In this document: positions 39,614-52,163 of the stretch, in pieces
Layout: each line of letters opens with the position of its first letter
Numbering within the stretch: position 1 is the first letter of the stretch
Notes under the pieces: generated by a model
What the model saw: the letters and a program-made list of their open reading frames with translations, nothing else
Told to the model about the DNA's origin: nothing
Database searches by the model: none
Assembly (NCBI RefSeq): GCF_018350175.1
Contig: NC_058373.1
Span: 106,022,001 to 106,086,000 of the forward strand
From: Felis catus
Lineage: Eukaryota
DNA: 64,000 nucleotides
Reading direction: 5' to 3'
Program-made: the position numbers and the translations under genes

Positions 39614-41869
39614 GTAGGTATACTTTCTGTTCAGTAGCACAATGTAAAATGCAAATTTGTCACACAATTGCGCCGGAAAGTCTCTTGAGTGAGAACTACC
39701 AAATGTCATCATCTTTCCAAACTCCATTCCAAACACTCAGTGTTGGTGGCGGCTGCAGGGGGCGGGGGAAAGGAGGGCAGAAGTGGTACTTGGCAAAATG
39801 ATTTTTTTCCAATATGTTTTACATAAAATCAGCACACACTAAAATACAAGTGAGTTTAATGTTATAAGAGGAAATGTAATCTTAACTCTGGCTCATGTTC
39901 AACTTTAACTTGCAATTGCTCTTACCGATCATTTGGAGCTTTGTTATAGCAGCACTATTCTACAAGTTAATACCAAGTAATGCAATGAAACTATTCCTTC
40001 TCTCTTCTCCTCCCATTCTCTTTTCACTGAGGACTTGCCTACTAAGTTCCTGGATTCTTGATTTCACAGGGCAGCCAGGTACTCTTTTACTCTGTTAAAT
40101 TAACAAAAGGAGTCTGTGGAATAGGTGGTTGAATGAAGAGGCACAATAATTATGCCGAGATGTCCCTGGGAAGTCTTTGGTTAAATAATTGCTTGAAATC
40201 CATTCTCAGTATCTGAAATATGCATCTTTATCACATGGACGTCTCTGTAATACCAGCGTTCTGAGCAGCTTGAAGGGCACCTATCGATCCCAGCTAAGAT
40301 ACACAGCAGAAAACAAGTCGTCAACCTCTGAGTGTTAGCAGCTCAAATCCTGCTCATGTTGATAAAAACCAGAGATTGCCCACAGTGGAACAGTCTCGTG
40401 ATTTTAAGAGTCACTCTGTTAGATTCAACTTTGAGTTTATAATATCCAAGCAAAATGATAGCTTCCATGACAAATACTTTCCTCTACCTCTTCCTTTCCT
40501 CCTCCCGCTGAGCCTTTTTGGAGAGTTAGCTTCTTAAGACTTAGGGCAGACATTTTTAAAAACATTGTCTAATATTTTGCTGCTGCTTCTGCTGCAAACG
40601 TTAAAAACTGGCTAGAACATATGAATCACTCCCACTTTTACTAAACTTTCAGAGGGCTTCACTTTTAGTAACTTCCTCTTTTCTAGTTTTTCCTTTGAAG
40701 ATACTTCTACTGTTGCACAATGAATAATAAACAGCCTGGTGAGTGTGAACGGGGCTGTATAAATTATAGAAGAAACTGCTAAGCTTTTGCCCTGAGGATT
40801 TCTAGTCTAAAAGCAGAAAATAATCTCCACAGCCATCCAGGATAAGGCATCTTGCACAGTGGCAGAAATGAGAAAAGGGTGATCTCAGCATTTGTATGAA
40901 TATGTTAGCAGAATGCGAGGCTTGTGGTGACCATCAGGGATTTTCTGTGTATCACCTAAGCAGTAATAATTTAGAGCCATTTACATTTCCTGCGTGTGAA
41001 GATTGTATTCTCAATTCTTGTTCCTGGCTGTTAGAGTGGGGGAAAAAAAAGAGCTGTGGGCAGGCTGTCTTTCTTTCTAATTAAGTCAGCATTGTTTGAT
41101 GTAACAAGGGAAGTTGCTTCTTCGTTAATGAATTCACTTCTATCAATGGAGAAGTACTAAATACCATGGCATTTTCTTTCCTTCAAATTTTGGGGGCAGT
41201 TAGGTTAATTTGTCCTTTAGTGACTTAATCCATGCCTTGTATGGAGTCAGCCTGGCTCATTTCCTGCACTAGAAGGTCTGTGATGTGCCAATATGAGGCA
41301 CTTCTTTAAGAGCCTCCTTTCTCCCTTGGCCAGCTCCTTGGACAACCTTTTGCTACATTCATGAGTCATCTACATTTTAATTATATTTCTTTCCTAATCC
41401 GAAGTCCTCTCCAAGAGTGTCTCAAGGCAATTAAGTCGTCAGTCACTTGGCTATTCTTTGTGTTTAACAACTAACAAAGCTTTCTAATGCTCCTTTAAGA
41501 ACAGAGCTGGCATCTGTCGGGTTAAAGGCAAAAAGCAGTAACAGCTCATGAGTCAACGAGACCTTAGAACTCCTGCATATGTAAAGAACAAGGAGTTCTG
41601 ATGAGACCAAAAACCCTATGCTGAATTTTCTGTCTTTCTCACCAAATGTGTTGCCACCACCTCCTCCTATAGTTCTGGCTGATCTCTCTGATAACTGTAT
41701 TGGAGAAGTCCCAATGACACCCAGCAGAAATCCCGAGACGTTGTCCCTGGGGACTGGAAACACATACAGCTCTTCCATATCCTTTCATGGCCTGGCAGCT
41801 GGACTCGAGCTCTCTAGCTTAGAGATTTGTTGGAGGGGCATTATCCACATTGTTATCATCCATTGTCTT

Positions 41870-42080
41870 CGGCATCAACAGCACCTACTGCCATTGAGTG
41901 TGAAGCATGTGACAGGCTGTATAACGGGCACTTTATATGTTGTTTTAAATCCTTATAAGCACCCGGTGCTATAAGTGCTGTTGATAGATAAGGAGTCAGG
42001 ACTTGGAGAAAGGTTACCTTGCCCAAGGTCACCTAATTAGGAAACAGTAGAGCTGGAATTTAAACCTATCAGTCTGAGCT
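41870..42080 (-). mobile_element. MIR fragment
   Basis: agataaggag...aggttaccttgcccaaggtcacc...agagctggaatttaaacc. Confidence 0.6.
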
Positions 42081-44054
42081 CACAGATTCCTTTCTAATTT
42101 GCCTCTCACTAATTCAGTTTTTAAAACCCTTTGGCAAGTACCAGAGGCCTGGTGATCCCACCCTCCCCCACCCCCACCCCGCCTCCAACTTTTCTGAGGT
42201 GGGGCAGGCATCTGTTTCCGTTAATGCCTCCAGAGTCTGATGAACTGTCCAGGTCGAGAACTGCAGCACTTACTGGTCTGCGAAGCCCGTTTGTGGAACA
42301 AGTTCAGTTACTTTACGTAAGCCTCTTCACAAGAATGCTTTGTTCTTGAAAGGACCCCTGAGTGATTGGTTGGCTTTTAAAGAGTGAAAAACAGTGTAAT
42401 AAAAGTACAGCCCAACAGGTTCGAGAAGGACCTGGCCCTCCTTTGTATGTGGCTTCTCCTCTGCGCTCTCAAGGAGGAAGATGTGAGGTGAAGTGCAGCG
42501 TGCTTAGCCGACTGGCTTATTGACTTCACACCAGTGAAATGTCTCAAACAGGAGCTTGGTTCCAGACTCCCAGCCAAGAATGATTTCTGTGCTTGGTTTG
42601 CCCATCTTTCTCAGACTTGCATGTTCCAATGTACAGCTTAGTAGCCTTCATCAGAACATCCTCTGCCAGCGCACACTTGGTCTTTTGCCCACCTCTCAAG
42701 TGAGCAGGGATTTGGTAAGTGCATAGAGCACCCCAGGAGGCTACCACAAGCCTGGGCTGTGTAGACCAAGGTGCACGCTAGATGTTTAGCCTAGCAGCCA
42801 TCTTTAGAAAGGTGGGCGTAGCTTCTTTTTCTACAAAAAGCTGCAAACCAAGCCTTCTTCCTATATGTGAAGCTTGAAAACTTTCGACTTTATATAAATC
42901 ATGTTGAAAAGTCACATTACAGCGACACGTCCATCTACATATCCTCAGTTTTCTCAGTACAACAAACACAGTCTTAGAATCAAATCTAATTGCATCACAT
43001 GCAGAAAAGAGTATGTCACCTCTGTTTTGAGAGGAAGGTAATGGTCCTTATACTGGGAAAGGAAATTCCAATTTAATTTTCTTGACTTTTCATAAATCTC
43101 CCAGCTCTACTAGGGAGAGACTTAATGTAGTCCGTCTTGATTCAGATGTTTCACCCTCTCCAAGATTGTTAAAAGAGTAAATACATACATCTTTCTTTAG
43201 AATTAGTGAGCCATAATAAGAAATGTATGTCTCTGTGTGATTAGGAACGAGCGGTGATGTTCATGAACGGCTTTATTCTGAGCTGCAGATTCAAAAAGTG
43301 ATTGCTTAAGAGTCTAAACAAGTTCAGCTTTGCCTTAGGGGATTAAACATACTTGGCTGGATTCATGCTGAATTTTCCAGGGAATACGTCTCCTAGAGCT
43401 CTGAAGAAATTTATTGGCTATTTCTGCACATAGCCTCTTCCCCTACCATCCATTGGTCACAGCTGTCTAGGCGCATCACCAAGCAAGAGGACAGTGTCAG
43501 CAGAAACAATAACCAGTTTGAAAAACAAGATTTTACGGATTTTTATTTCAGTTGCCTTAAATGATACTGATACATTTGTTTGTTTGGAGGTTTACCTCCT
43601 CCTAGTCATGAAGTCAAATTTAGGCTTCAGTTAACATTTAGTTACTCAGTGCTGATACTATTAACTTAAAAGAAGTAAGTAAAGCCACCCTTGGATGATT
43701 TGTGGTCCTGAAAGAAAGGGAGAGACTGGATCATTGAGACACATGATTAAGAGCCAACCCCCCGCCCTCCCCCCCCCCCCAAGCAATACTCCAGACTGTT
43801 TCCCAGCCATGCACTTAATCAGAATTAGAAACAGGTAGGGAGACTGAATTAGAAAAGCACATGTTCAGAATAGGATGAAGACAAGGAACCAGTGGTTCTG
43901 TGGGTGGAGTATACCTGAGGCCATTAAGATTTGGGGATACTTTTAGTACAACTAAGTGATCATGGACTCAAAGGACTAGAAAAGACTGTTTAACAAGTAT
44001 AAACTTGACTGGCATCCATGGCCGTGATGTTAGCCGAGGTCTGCTTCCTTGTGC

Positions 44055-44222
44055 CTCATTCTTCAAAGTGAGGTCCATATATACCTGCAGCATCAGCACC
44101 ACATGGAAACTAGTCAGCAATGCAGCACCACGGGCTTCACTCCAGACATACCATGTCAGAACCCTCATTTTAACAAGGTCCCCGGATAATTCATGTCCAC
44201 GTTAAAGTTTGGGAAGCACTGC
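44055..44222 (+). mobile_element. MER5A
   Basis: ttcttcaaagtgaggtcc...gcagcatcagcaccacatggaaactagtcag...ttttaacaaggtcccc...aaagtttgggaagcactg. Confidence 0.75.
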
Positions 44223-44257
44223 TCAAAAGATCCCTGTGTAGGGAAAGCGTAAACACA

Positions 44258-44264
44258 CTCCTCC

Positions 44265-44296
<32 letters not shown>

Positions 44297-44403
44297 CTCC
44301 TCTTCCTCCTCCTCTTCCTCCTCCTCCTCCTCCTCCTCTTCCTCCTCCTCCTCCTCCTCCTCCTCCTCCTCCTCCTCCTCTTCCTCCTCTTCCTCCTCCT
44401 CCT

Positions 44404-44449
<46 letters not shown>

Positions 44450-44480
44450 CTCCTCCTCTTCCTCCTCCTCCTCCTCCTCT

Positions 44481-44512
<32 letters not shown>

Positions 44513-44538
44513 CTCCTCCTCCTCCTCCTCTTCCTCCT

Positions 44539-44611
<73 letters not shown>

Positions 44612-44618
44612 CTCCTCC

Positions 44619-44668
<50 letters not shown>

Positions 44669-44823
44669 CTCCTCCTCCTCCTCCTCCTCCTCCTCTTCCT
44701 CCTCCTCCTCCTCCTCCTCCTCTTCCTCCTCCTCCTCCTCTTCCTCTTCCTCCTCCTCCACCACCACCACCACCACCACCACCACCACCACCACCACCCA
44801 CCACCACCCCCCACCCCCCCCAC
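44258..44823. repeat. Compound triplet repeat: (CCT/CTT)n of 502 bp, then (CCA)n
   Basis: 44258-44759 contains only C and T; CCA units and C-runs follow. Confidence 0.97.
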
Positions 44824-45416
44824 CTACCAAGCCACACACACTCTGTAGCCAAATTTCCAAATGGTGTTGAATCATTTCTAAAGCTTAAATCTTAGTCTGA
44901 AGGAATTGTCCAACTTAGTATCGTATCGGAGTTCATTGCCCTTCTTAAATAATTTAATGTAACAAAAAGTGTAAAAGATTACACTTCTTGGCTTGAGGAT
45001 TACACATACTGCCTTGGTTTGATAGTGTGATAACGTTACTAACTTTAGTTGCCAGAATACTGTATTTAACTGCAGGCCCAATCCTCTTTCTATAAAATAT
45101 AAACAGTTATATCTTCATTAGAGTGTAATTGCAGAGTCATTTACAACTATAGTCAGACAAACTGCAATCTGTACCGAAGATTTCTAAATGTTTCTTAAAG
45201 CTTTATAATTTGAAAGAACTTCTGGCAGAGATAATAAATCTGAAATTCTTAGTACTTTTACTCCATATTTTGGTTTTGTAATTATCTTGATTATAGATTT
45301 ATTACTTATTTATTTGTCTTAAAAGTGATAATAGCATGTAATCTGTAGGCTTGTCTTGCTTGTACCATAATTAAATCATAGAATTTGAAGAGGTAACTTC
45401 GATTTTCTTTGCATAG

Positions 45417-45511
45417 AGAAAATCTCTCCTGGCTTTAGAGAAGGAAGAGGAAGAAGAGAGAAGTAAAACTATAGAGAGTTTGAAAACAGCACTGAGGACA
45501 AAACCAATGAG
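45417..45511 (+). CDS. DAAM1: DAAM1 coding exon (RKSLLALEKEEEEERSKTIESLKTALRTKPM-R)
   Basis: Acceptor ttttctttgcatag, 95 nt, donor AG|gtaatt. Confidence 0.96.
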
Positions 45512-45699
45512 GTAATTCTTTTCTGGGTAGCATGTGCTACTTACCCCTCTTCTTTTTTTCTTCTTTTCTCCCTTCTTCTCTACCCTTCTTTCTTCTTTTT
45601 TTCTGAAATAGCCAAACTTTCAAGGATGTCTTAAATGCATGCAATTGGACATAAGTGAAATACTTTAATCGTTGAACATGGAATGAATTGATTTTCTCC

Positions 45700-47098
45700 A
45701 ATTAGAAGATATGCAGACAGCTGTTAAAATGGTAAAATAAAAAAAAAAAGAGACTAGCAAGTATTCGTTGCAGGTACACTGCTGGTGGGAATGTAAAAAT
45801 GGTTCAGCCACTTTGGAAAACAGTGGGGCAGTCACTCATACTGTTAAACGAAGTATCGCCGTATCATCTGACAATTCTATTCCTCAGTATATAGCTAAGG
45901 GAAATGAAAACCTGTCTCACAAACACCCATGCAGGAGTGTTCATGTTAGCAGTATTCCTCGTGGCCAAAAAGTAGAAACAACCCAAATTCTATCAGCTCA
46001 TAAATGGATAAATAGAATGTGATATATCCATACAATGGAATATTATTTGGCCCTGAATACAATAGAATATTGAAATAGAATAGAATATTGATACATGCTA
46101 CAACATGGATGAGCCTTGAAAATATTTATGCAAAGCAAAAGAAGCCAGATATGCAGAAGGCAAGATAGTATATGATTCCATTTATACGGAAGATCCAGAA
46201 AAGGCCAATCCATACAGACAGAAAGATTAGTGGTTGCTTAGGATTGGGGTGAGGGGGAAATGGTCTTTTGGGGATGATTAGAGTGTTCTAAAATCAGATG
46301 ATGTCAGGGCGCCTGGGTGGCTCAGTCGGTTAAGTGTCCGACTTCAGCTCAGGTCATGACCTCGCAGTCTGTGAGTTTGAGCCCTGCATTGGGCTCTGTG
46401 CTGACAGCTCAGAGCCTGGAGCCTGCTTCAGATTCTGTGTTTCCTTCTGTATCTGCCCCTCCCTTGCTCATGCTCTGTCTCTCTCTCTCACACTCTCAAA
46501 AATAAACAAACATTGTGGTACCTGGGTGGCTTGGTTGGTTAAGTGTCTGACTTCAGCTCAGGTCATGATCTCACAGTTTGTGGGTTCCAGCCCTGCATCA
46601 GGCTCTGTGCTGACAACTCAGAGCCTGGAGCCTGCTTCTCAGATTCTGGGTCTCCCTCTCACTCTCTGCCCCTCCCCGCTTGTGCTCTCTTTCTCTCTCT
46701 CAAAAATAAGTAAACTTAAACAAAAATTTTAAATAAATAAACATTAAAAAAAACTGGGGGGGGGTTGCCTGGGTGGCTCAATTGGTTGAGCATCTGACTT
46801 CAACTCAGGTCATGATCTCATGGTTCATGAATTCAAGCCCCGCATCGGGCTCTATGCTGACAGCTCAGAGCCTAGAGCCTGCTTCGAATTCTGTGTCTCC
46901 CTCTCTCTCTGTTCCTCCTCTACTTGCACTCTGTCTCTCTCTCTCAAAAATAAATAAAGATTAAAAATTTTTTTTTTAATTTTTTAATCAGATGATGTCA
47001 ATGGTTGTACATCTCTGCATATCACTGAATTGTACATTTGAAAGTATGAATTTTATGGCTTGTGAGTTATATCTCAATAAAACTGTTACTAAAAAATG
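45700..47098 (+). mobile_element. Old L1M 3' portion, split by a SINE stack
   Basis: cactgctggtgggaatgtaaaaatggttcagccactttggaaaacag ORF2-end motif; the 3' UTR resumes after 47000 and ends at ctcaataaaactgtt. Confidence 0.85.
46307..46985 (+). mobile_element. Nested stack of three CAN-SINEs
   Basis: Heads at about 46307, 46515 and 46760; outer TSD aatcagatgatgtca at 46292-46306 and 46986-47000. Confidence 0.92.
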
Positions 47099-47100
47099 AT

Positions 47101-47325
47101 GGGGGCACCTGGGTGGCTCAGTCAGTTAAGCGTCTGACTTCAGCTCAGGTCATGATCTCACAGGTTTGTAAGTTCCAGCCCTGTGTCAGGCTCTGTGCTG
47201 ACAACTCAGAGCCTGGAGCCTGCTTCAGATTCTGTGTCTCCCTCTCTCTGTGCCCCTCCCTTATTCTTGCTCTGTCTCTCTCTCTCTCTCAAAAATAAAT
47301 TAAAATTAAAAAAAAAAAAAAAAAA
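47101..47325 (+). mobile_element. CAN-SINE inserted at the L1 tail
   Basis: SINE body and poly-A. Confidence 0.92.
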
Positions 47326-48370
47326 CCATGATAGGTAGTCAGCCTTCTCTGTGTGTCTCCCACGCCTTCATTTTCCATTAATTAGGTTTGGTGAGATGTT
47401 GGGGTGCTTCTAGTTACATTTCATTAACATAGGTGCTATGAAAGAAGCCAATTGATTCAACCAATTGGGCTCCATCTGGGTTGTGTGATTGCATGAAATG
47501 GCTGGAAAAATAAAGATTTCATTTTCTTTATTTAACTATAAAATATTAAGAAAAACCTATTGACTTATCAAAAATTCTGTGTAGTTGTGTGACACAGGTT
47601 TTGTAGCCAATCCTAACTACATCAATGTTTCCCTATTTGTGTGTGTTTTGCATTCTCAGATGTTAATGGGTATCCAAGGCAAAATAAATTTGGAAATTTC
47701 TGGTGCAGTCGTATAAGCAAGTTGTGTTACTTCTGAAATTTTCAGAGACTTCAAATGCATATGCATATTGTGAATTATTCTGACTTTACAGTAAATAAGC
47801 ACTATAGATGTCAATTAAATTAATGAGCGGTGACAAAGAATTGCTATTATTTTATATATTGGGATTCCAGCAGCATGTCCTACAAAAGAAGAGTTTTGCT
47901 GCAGAATGTTAATAATATAGATTGTCATCTGTTTGACAAGCAAAAATTCTAGAATTTAAGGATGCTCTTTGACATTCATTGATATGGGTCAGGGGTTAAC
48001 ATAAAGGTATCTAGGGGCTGAATGCTATAACAACGCGGGATCAGCAGATGACTTTAACTTAAGACACATATTCTGAGTGTCTTCCTGTTCCTGAGTTTCT
48101 ATGGTTGTATGATCTGTTAATTGGTTCTTTGTATCAGCTGAGATCTTTGTATCTCAAATAGAGATTATTTTACCTTTCTGAGAGACCTGACCATTGGGTT
48201 TGTGCAGAGGAAGAGGCCAGGAATTAAGAAGACTTCATCAGGGTAGATCTTTGGTGCTCAGGACTTATGTCTTCCTTCCTCCTGTCCCTGCAAAACTTTC
48301 CCATTAAGGGCTATTAGAAAATTCCAAATAAACTTAAGTCTGATACGTTTTAACCTTCTTCTCCTGACAG

Positions 48371-48704
48371 GTTTGTAACCAGATTCATTGACTTGGATGG
48401 CCTGTCATGTATTCTCAACTTTCTAAAGACCATGGACTACGAGACCTCAGAGTCTCGAATACATACCTCTCTCATTGGTTGTATAAAGGCGCTAATGAAC
48501 AACTCTCAAGGCCGGGCTCATGTCCTGGCTCACTCTGAGAGTATAAACGTGATTGCTCAGAGTCTGAGCACAGAGAACATTAAAACAAAGGTGGCCGTGC
48601 TGGAAATCTTGGGCGCCGTGTGCCTGGTTCCCGGGGGTCACAAGAAGGTTCTGCAGGCCATGCTGCACTACCAGAAGTATGCCAGTGAAAGAACCCGCTT
48701 TCAG
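48371..48704 (+). CDS. DAAM1: DAAM1 coding exon ([19 protein letters not shown]...YASERTRFQ), GBD/FH3 armadillo region
   Basis: Acceptor ctcctgacag, 334 nt, donor CAG|gtgggc; overlaps ORF 48393-48746; typical diaphanous-related formin sequence. Confidence 0.98.
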
Positions 48705-49094
48705 GTGGGCATGCTCCCTTGCCACTTGGTCACTCACCCCTTTTGACAGCTGCCTTCCTGGCCCTGAAGGGGGAACATGACTTATTTCCCCCTGTGATGA
48801 TTACTCACACTATGTCTTCCAGTCTTTCTGTCCTTTTGGGTTTTAGTACCAGAGTAGAAGCGTTCTATAGTTAATCAACCTGGGATTTTAGATTTACTGA
48901 ACTTGAAAATGTGGCCCTGCTTTCTACACATCATGTAGCATATATCTTTTGATTCCATGAAATGCAGTGTTCCCTGAAATTTTTATAGGTTACCATTCTT
49001 GATTTAGTATTAATATATACAGTGGGATTATGTCACCATATTTATGCTCAAATATAAAGAGCTGAGTTGACAAAGCAGACAAAATATGTATTTT

Positions 49095-49152
49095 GTGTGT
49101 GTGTGTGTGTGTGTGTGCACACACACACACACATACATACATACATACATAT
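49095..49152. repeat. (TG)n(CA)n(CATA)n compound microsatellite
   Basis: Direct reading. Confidence 0.9.
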
Positions 49153-49351
49153 ATGGATGTATGTGATGTAGGAATTTTGAAAGAGTTTTTTGAACTAATT
49201 TTAAGAAAAATAAAAGATGGCTTTCTATAGATCCATGTAATTCTGACTAAACACGAGATTTTTAAAAATTGACTTCTGAGTATAAGAATATATAAAGTGA
49301 ATGTACAATTAGTGATTCAGTCCTTTGTTTCTATATTTGTGTCCTTGGTAG

Positions 49352-49462
49352 ACATTAATCAATGACTTGGATAAAAGCACAGGGCGGTATCGAGATGAAG
49401 TGAGTCTCAAGACTGCCATCATGTCCTTCATCAACGCAGTGCTGAGCCAAGGCGCTGGGGTG
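49352..49462 (+). CDS. DAAM1: DAAM1 coding exon ([37 protein letters not shown]), FH3
   Basis: Acceptor ccttggtag, 111 nt, donor GTG|gtaaga. Confidence 0.97.
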
Positions 49463-49585
49463 GTAAGAACCTTCCATACTGCTATTGAAAACATGTATTA
49501 TTGAAGAAGAATGTTAAAAAAAAAAAAAGATTACTATGTAGTCCAAAAAGCATAAATATGTATTTTATCACCCTTTCACTTTCAG

Positions 49586-49689
49586 GAAAGTTTGGACTTT
49601 AGACTTCATCTTCGCTATGAATTTCTGATGTTAGGAATTCAACCTGTAATAGATAAATTAAGGGAACATGAAAACTCAACATTAGATAG
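49586..49689 (+). CDS. DAAM1: DAAM1 coding exon ([35 protein letters not shown]), FH3
   Basis: Acceptor tttcactttcag after a 123-nt intron, 104 nt, donor AG|gtaagt; FH3 motif FRLHLRYEF. Confidence 0.97.
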
Positions 49690-50836
49690 GTAAGTCAGAC
49701 TGTTCTCATCTGAGATCATCCTCAGGCTTTTTCCATGTGTGTAGTGCTAGCCTGTGAACTACATGTGAGCTTTGTGTAGCATAAGGAGCTGGCCCCAGAC
49801 TGTTAGTTCAACTATGATGCTTTTATATGAAGACTTTCTCCGTGAAGGAAGCAGCACATTGTGTGGAGAACCTCATGTGGGTTCTGGCATCAGGCCGAAT
49901 CCACATTCTTGTCTTACCTCTTTCACTTGCTATATATTCTGGTCAAGTTACTCAATCTTTCTGAATCTTCCTGTTGTGTTTTTTGTTTGTTTTTTTTCCC
50001 CTAAGATATATGATGATGATGACAACTATGTTTTATGGGCTATTATGAAAATTGACTATAAAACTTGGAGGCACCCTGATAGGCATTAATTTTCACTTTC
50101 TTGTTCATTGGCTCTTGTTTGCAATCATTTTACCATTTCTAAGATCTCCCACCAGCTCTCAGATCTCTCCTACTGCTCTCCTACCTCGTTCATGCACTCT
50201 TTGATATTCTGTGAACATGTCAGAATATTCTTGCCTCAGGGCCTTTGTACTTGGTATTTGCTCAGCATTAAAAGATCTTCCTACAGATGTCCAAATTGCT
50301 TATTGCTCCCTTCCAAGAGACCTGTTCCAGCCAGTGTGTGTCCACCACTCACCTTACCTCCCATTATTCTTTATTCCCTTTACTCTGATACGTTTGTCTT
50401 CATAAAACTTATTATCCCCGGTTGCTAAAATACATAGTAGGGACTCCATAAATATTTGAATGAATAGGTGAATGGCATGAATATTTCTTTGGTGATCTTA
50501 ATTCATCAGTCAGGCAAGTGGATTTGCTTTTTCCATAAAAGAAGTCTGTGAGCAGAAGCTGGACTTGGTTGTGTTGGAATTTGATAAACATTTATTAATT
50601 ATCTAATGTGTACTAGGCATCCTAGGCTTTGAAGCTTGTATCTTACTGTGATCTCACTCAGAGTATCTTTTTTCCTTAGAACATAGTTAAGCAAAGGCAT
50701 TCACAATTTTGTCTTATTTCTTTTAGAGCTCTCTCTGACAATGTAGGAAAGGCCTTAGTATTAATGTCCTAATTCCTATGTGCTTGTGTTTGTAGGACAT
50801 TCTACTTTTAATAGCTTCTCTTTTATTGGATTTCAG

Positions 50837-50903
50837 GCATTTAGATTTTTTCGAAATGCTCAGAAATGAAGATGAACTAGAATTTGCCAAAAGATTTGAA
50901 CTG
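50837..50903 (+). CDS. DAAM1: DAAM1 coding exon (HLDFFEMLRNEDELEFAKRFEL)
   Basis: Acceptor ggatttcag, 67 nt, donor CTG|gtacgt. Confidence 0.96.
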
Positions 50904-51131
50904 GTACGTATGGTCACAATTATTCAGATTTAACTCATGAACTCATGGACTTCCCTTCCCGTAACGTGTGTTGAGTTGACATGGACCGGTACAACCGAAA
51001 AGCAAAATCCGGGTTTTGTTTTGCTACCTAAGTGGCAGGATTAGCCGTGCGTGCCTTGGATTTGCTTACCTTGCGTTGCAGCTATTGAGGATACCGGGCG
51101 TTGACTTAGATCTCTTTTTCATACGGAATAG

Positions 51132-51249
51132 GTTCACATAGACACAAAAAGTGCGACTCAGATGTTTGAGCTGACCAGGAAGAGGCTGACCCATAGTGAA
51201 GCTTACCCTCACTTCATGTCCATCCTGCACCACTGCCTCCAAATGCCTT
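51132..51249 (+). CDS. DAAM1: DAAM1 coding exon ([40 protein letters not shown])
   Basis: Acceptor ggaatag, 118 nt, donor T|gtgagt. Confidence 0.96.
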
Positions 51250-51681
51250 GTGAGTGTGTTTGTGACTTACATGTGTGTTTTTGAATGTTTGGACATCATC
51301 CAAAGGGCTCTGTCTTCTGAGCAGCGCTGATTAGCTTGGGTGCACACCAGGGATTCCAAACCTTGCTTTTGTGACAGTCCAACGTGTCTCCACACAGCTT
51401 AAGGGGTATTATGACATTCTAAAAATGAAATGAATTATAACTTCCTTTGATTTTAAAAATAAATATATGCCTTGCAACACATTTAGAAAGGGGTATAAAG
51501 TGCCTCTCAATCATGTAAATGATCATCGCATGTCAGAATTCCAGAAACTTTGGGAAGTGCTGGTGCAGATGTTATAAACATCTCTGGTTCTGTGGCTCTG
51601 GCGGGTGACCGCTGTTGAAACATATTCATCCTAGTTTAGAAACAACATGAAGTATTTTTCCACCCTTCTTTTCTTTTTTAG

Positions 51682-51820
51682 ACAAGAGAAGCGGCAACAC
51701 CGTTCAGTACTGGCTGCTACTAGATAGGATTATACAGCAGATAGTTATTCAGAATGACAAAGGACAGGACCCTGACACCACGCCTTTGGAAAACTTTAAC
51801 ATTAAGAATGTCGTACGAAT
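51682..51820 (+). CDS. DAAM1: DAAM1 coding exon ([46 protein letters not shown])
   Basis: Acceptor ttcttttttag, 139 nt, donor AT|gtaagt. Confidence 0.97.
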
Positions 51821-52104
51821 GTAAGTTTCTGATTTTGCTGTCTGTGAGATGATAGTCACAATGTAAGGCGTTTACTTTATCCTACTTTAAAATAGCAGCT
51901 GGGAGAACCGAAATGTTCTAGAGGTCAAATGTGAGCGCCTATATATACATATGTAATGTATCTGAGTAACATCTGGGTTTAAATGGGTTTCAAGCATGCT
52001 GAGGATTTTTCTGCAGAGGACTATTTTTGTACCTAGAAGAGCATGCATTTTGGCAACGGTCCTTTTATGTTTTTGTAATGAATGCTCTTTTGACTATCAT
52101 ACAG

Positions 52105-52163
52105 GTTGGTCAATGAAAATGAAGTTAAGCAGTGGAAAGAACAAGCGGAAAAAATGAGAAAAG
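52105..52163 (+). CDS. DAAM1: DAAM1 coding exon (LVNENEVKQWKEQAEKMRK-E)
   Basis: Acceptor catacag, 59 nt, donor AAG|gtaaat. Confidence 0.96.

Noticed and set aside
44165..44875. 236-aa poly-Glu ORF and the overlapping poly-Arg and poly-Gly ORFs as genes
   Set aside because: They are produced by a triplet repeat that cannot contain stop codons, they run into a MER5A, and there is no promoter or splice support
46317..46964. Recurrent 'AQSVK..TSAQVMIS..LTAQSLEPASDSVSP' ORFs as a gene family
   Set aside because: These are translations of CAN-SINE bodies and recur at many SINEs in the window
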